Shown piece after piece: positions 62,830 through 64,000 of a DNA stretch of 64,000 nt. Below the pieces are notes generated by a model. That model was not told the DNA's origin. It made no database searches and saw only the letters and a list, made by a program, of their open reading frames with translations. Numbering within the stretch: position 1 is the first letter of the stretch; the number at the start of each line of letters is the position of its first letter. The position numbers were made by a program, and so were the translations under genes. Source of the DNA: Phyllobates terribilis (Eukaryota); NCBI RefSeq assembly GCF_046119375.1, contig NW_027362765.1:114452001-114516000 (forward strand), in the 5' to 3' direction.

Positions 62830-63049
62830 ATTTATTTATTTTACTCACTTATATAGCATCATTAATTCCCCAGCGCTTTACAGACACTATCATCCCTGTC
62901 CCCATTGGGGCTCGCAATCTACATTCCCTATCAGTATGTCTTTGGGATGTGGGAGGAAACCCATGCAAACTCCTTGAAGATGGTGGGATTTGAAACCAGG
63001 ACCCCAGCGCTGCAAGGCTGCAGTGCTAACCACTGAGCCACCGTGCTGC
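62830..63049 (-). mobile_element. tRNA-headed SINE with an L2-like tail
   Basis: Minus-strand GGTGGCTCAGTGGTTAGC...GGTTTCAAATCC head, with tail tgtaaagcgctggggaattaatgatgctatataag...aaataaat. Confidence 0.75.
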
Positions 63050-64000
63050 ATATATATAAAATGTACATAAACTGTCAGACTGATACAGAGGAGGAGACTG
63101 ACCGGTTCCAGCCTTGACCCACATTGGCCGATGAGCATTTCTAGAAACGCTTGTTTCCCAATAATCTTTCAGTGTAAACCGGCTGCCGACCACCCAGCGA
63201 ACGAGCAAAACACTTGTTCATTGGTTGAAATAGATTTTTATAAGCTTACTTAATAGAGTTTTATATCGGACTTTGCTGTCTTCTGCTCTGTTCAAGGGGT
63301 GTCACTGCTGTGATTTACCGCTGGCTCCCCCCTGCCCAATTATGGGGAGCTGGCTGTCAATCAGCATGACATTCACAGTAGCACCTTGTCAACAGAGCAG
63401 ACCAGAAGAGAATGAATTGCTGTCAGCATGAAGTCAAAAGAAGCAGGAGAATTGCCAGCAGGGTGGTTCGGACAGATCAATGCACAGCAGCACAGGCAGG
63501 TAGTTAGCAGCTACCTGTTGATAAGTTCTTAGCCCCGTAGAGGGGAAAAAAAATAAAATCCTTAATAACCCCTTTAAAAATCATCGTTTTTGGCAGTGCA
63601 TTGTCCTGTGTAAAACAGATGTGCTGCTGAAAACAATGGCTGCCTATGTGCACACAGAACGTTCCACAATTGGTGTGTGTGTGAGGGAGTACGTACCTTT
63701 TAGTAACAGTGGCTAGGTGTTGTGGCATTATTCTGTATGATCAAACTTGGAAGCCGAAGTAAACAGTAAGCTCCACCGCCCCCTCAAGCAGTTGATTGGT
63801 GCCGAGAGTCGGACCCCCTCCAATATAGTATTCATGGATTATTCTAAGGGTGGGCCATCATTTATAAAAGACTGGTTAACACCTAATTAAGGGGATGTAG
63901 AGCTACTCGTGATAGAAGTGACAACCCCACCATTCAATAGAATGTGTCCATTCCACCCCACTGCTTGCTTTACCAATTTTGACTAGGCAATGGTGTCACA

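Noticed and set aside
58440-63049. Possible tRNA genes (A/B-box motifs at about 58650 and 63030)
   Set aside because: No complete cloverleaf; each continues into a SINE body and L2-like tail.
61482-64000. CSTF1 coding sequence
   Set aside because: No CSTF1-like peptide is visible in any frame, so the gene symbol is not assigned.

Overview
This is eukaryotic, vertebrate DNA, most likely anuran (inference from Xenopus Eg2-like Aurora A, TTAA-flanked T2-type MITEs and a DIRS element). No prokaryotic or CRISPR system is present. Two intact spliced genes were reconstructed by hand with GT-AG junctions and consistent phases: FAM210B (+, 3 coding exons, 183 aa) and AURKA (-, 8 coding exons, 412 aa). 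They are convergent. A CpG-rich bidirectional promoter near 61.0-61.5 kb carries a CDE/CHR element and two CCAAT boxes 32 bp apart; its + strand partner is probably CSTF1, by synteny only. The first 15.5 kb is a nested transposon stack: a 97-bp repeat unit is hit by a Tc1 and by a near full-length Tx1-clade LINE, and the LINE is interrupted by two Gypsy-type LTR elements, one of which carries a solo LTR with a clean 4-bp TSD. Other content: a 3-kb minisatellite with a 346-bp higher-order period, a ~5.9-kb G-rich 47-bp array filling FAM210B intron 1, a hairpin-unit array filling intron 2, a deleted DIRS split by an L2 LINE, an intact DD34E Tc1 inside an AURKA intron, many MITEs, two tRNA-headed SINEs and one assembly gap. 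Best leads: possible sequence-specific targeting of the repeat unit by the Tx1 element, the intronic G4/R-loop-prone array, and the intact Tc1. All calls come from reading the sequence; no searches were run, and repeat boundaries are approximate unless a TSD or TIR is quoted.
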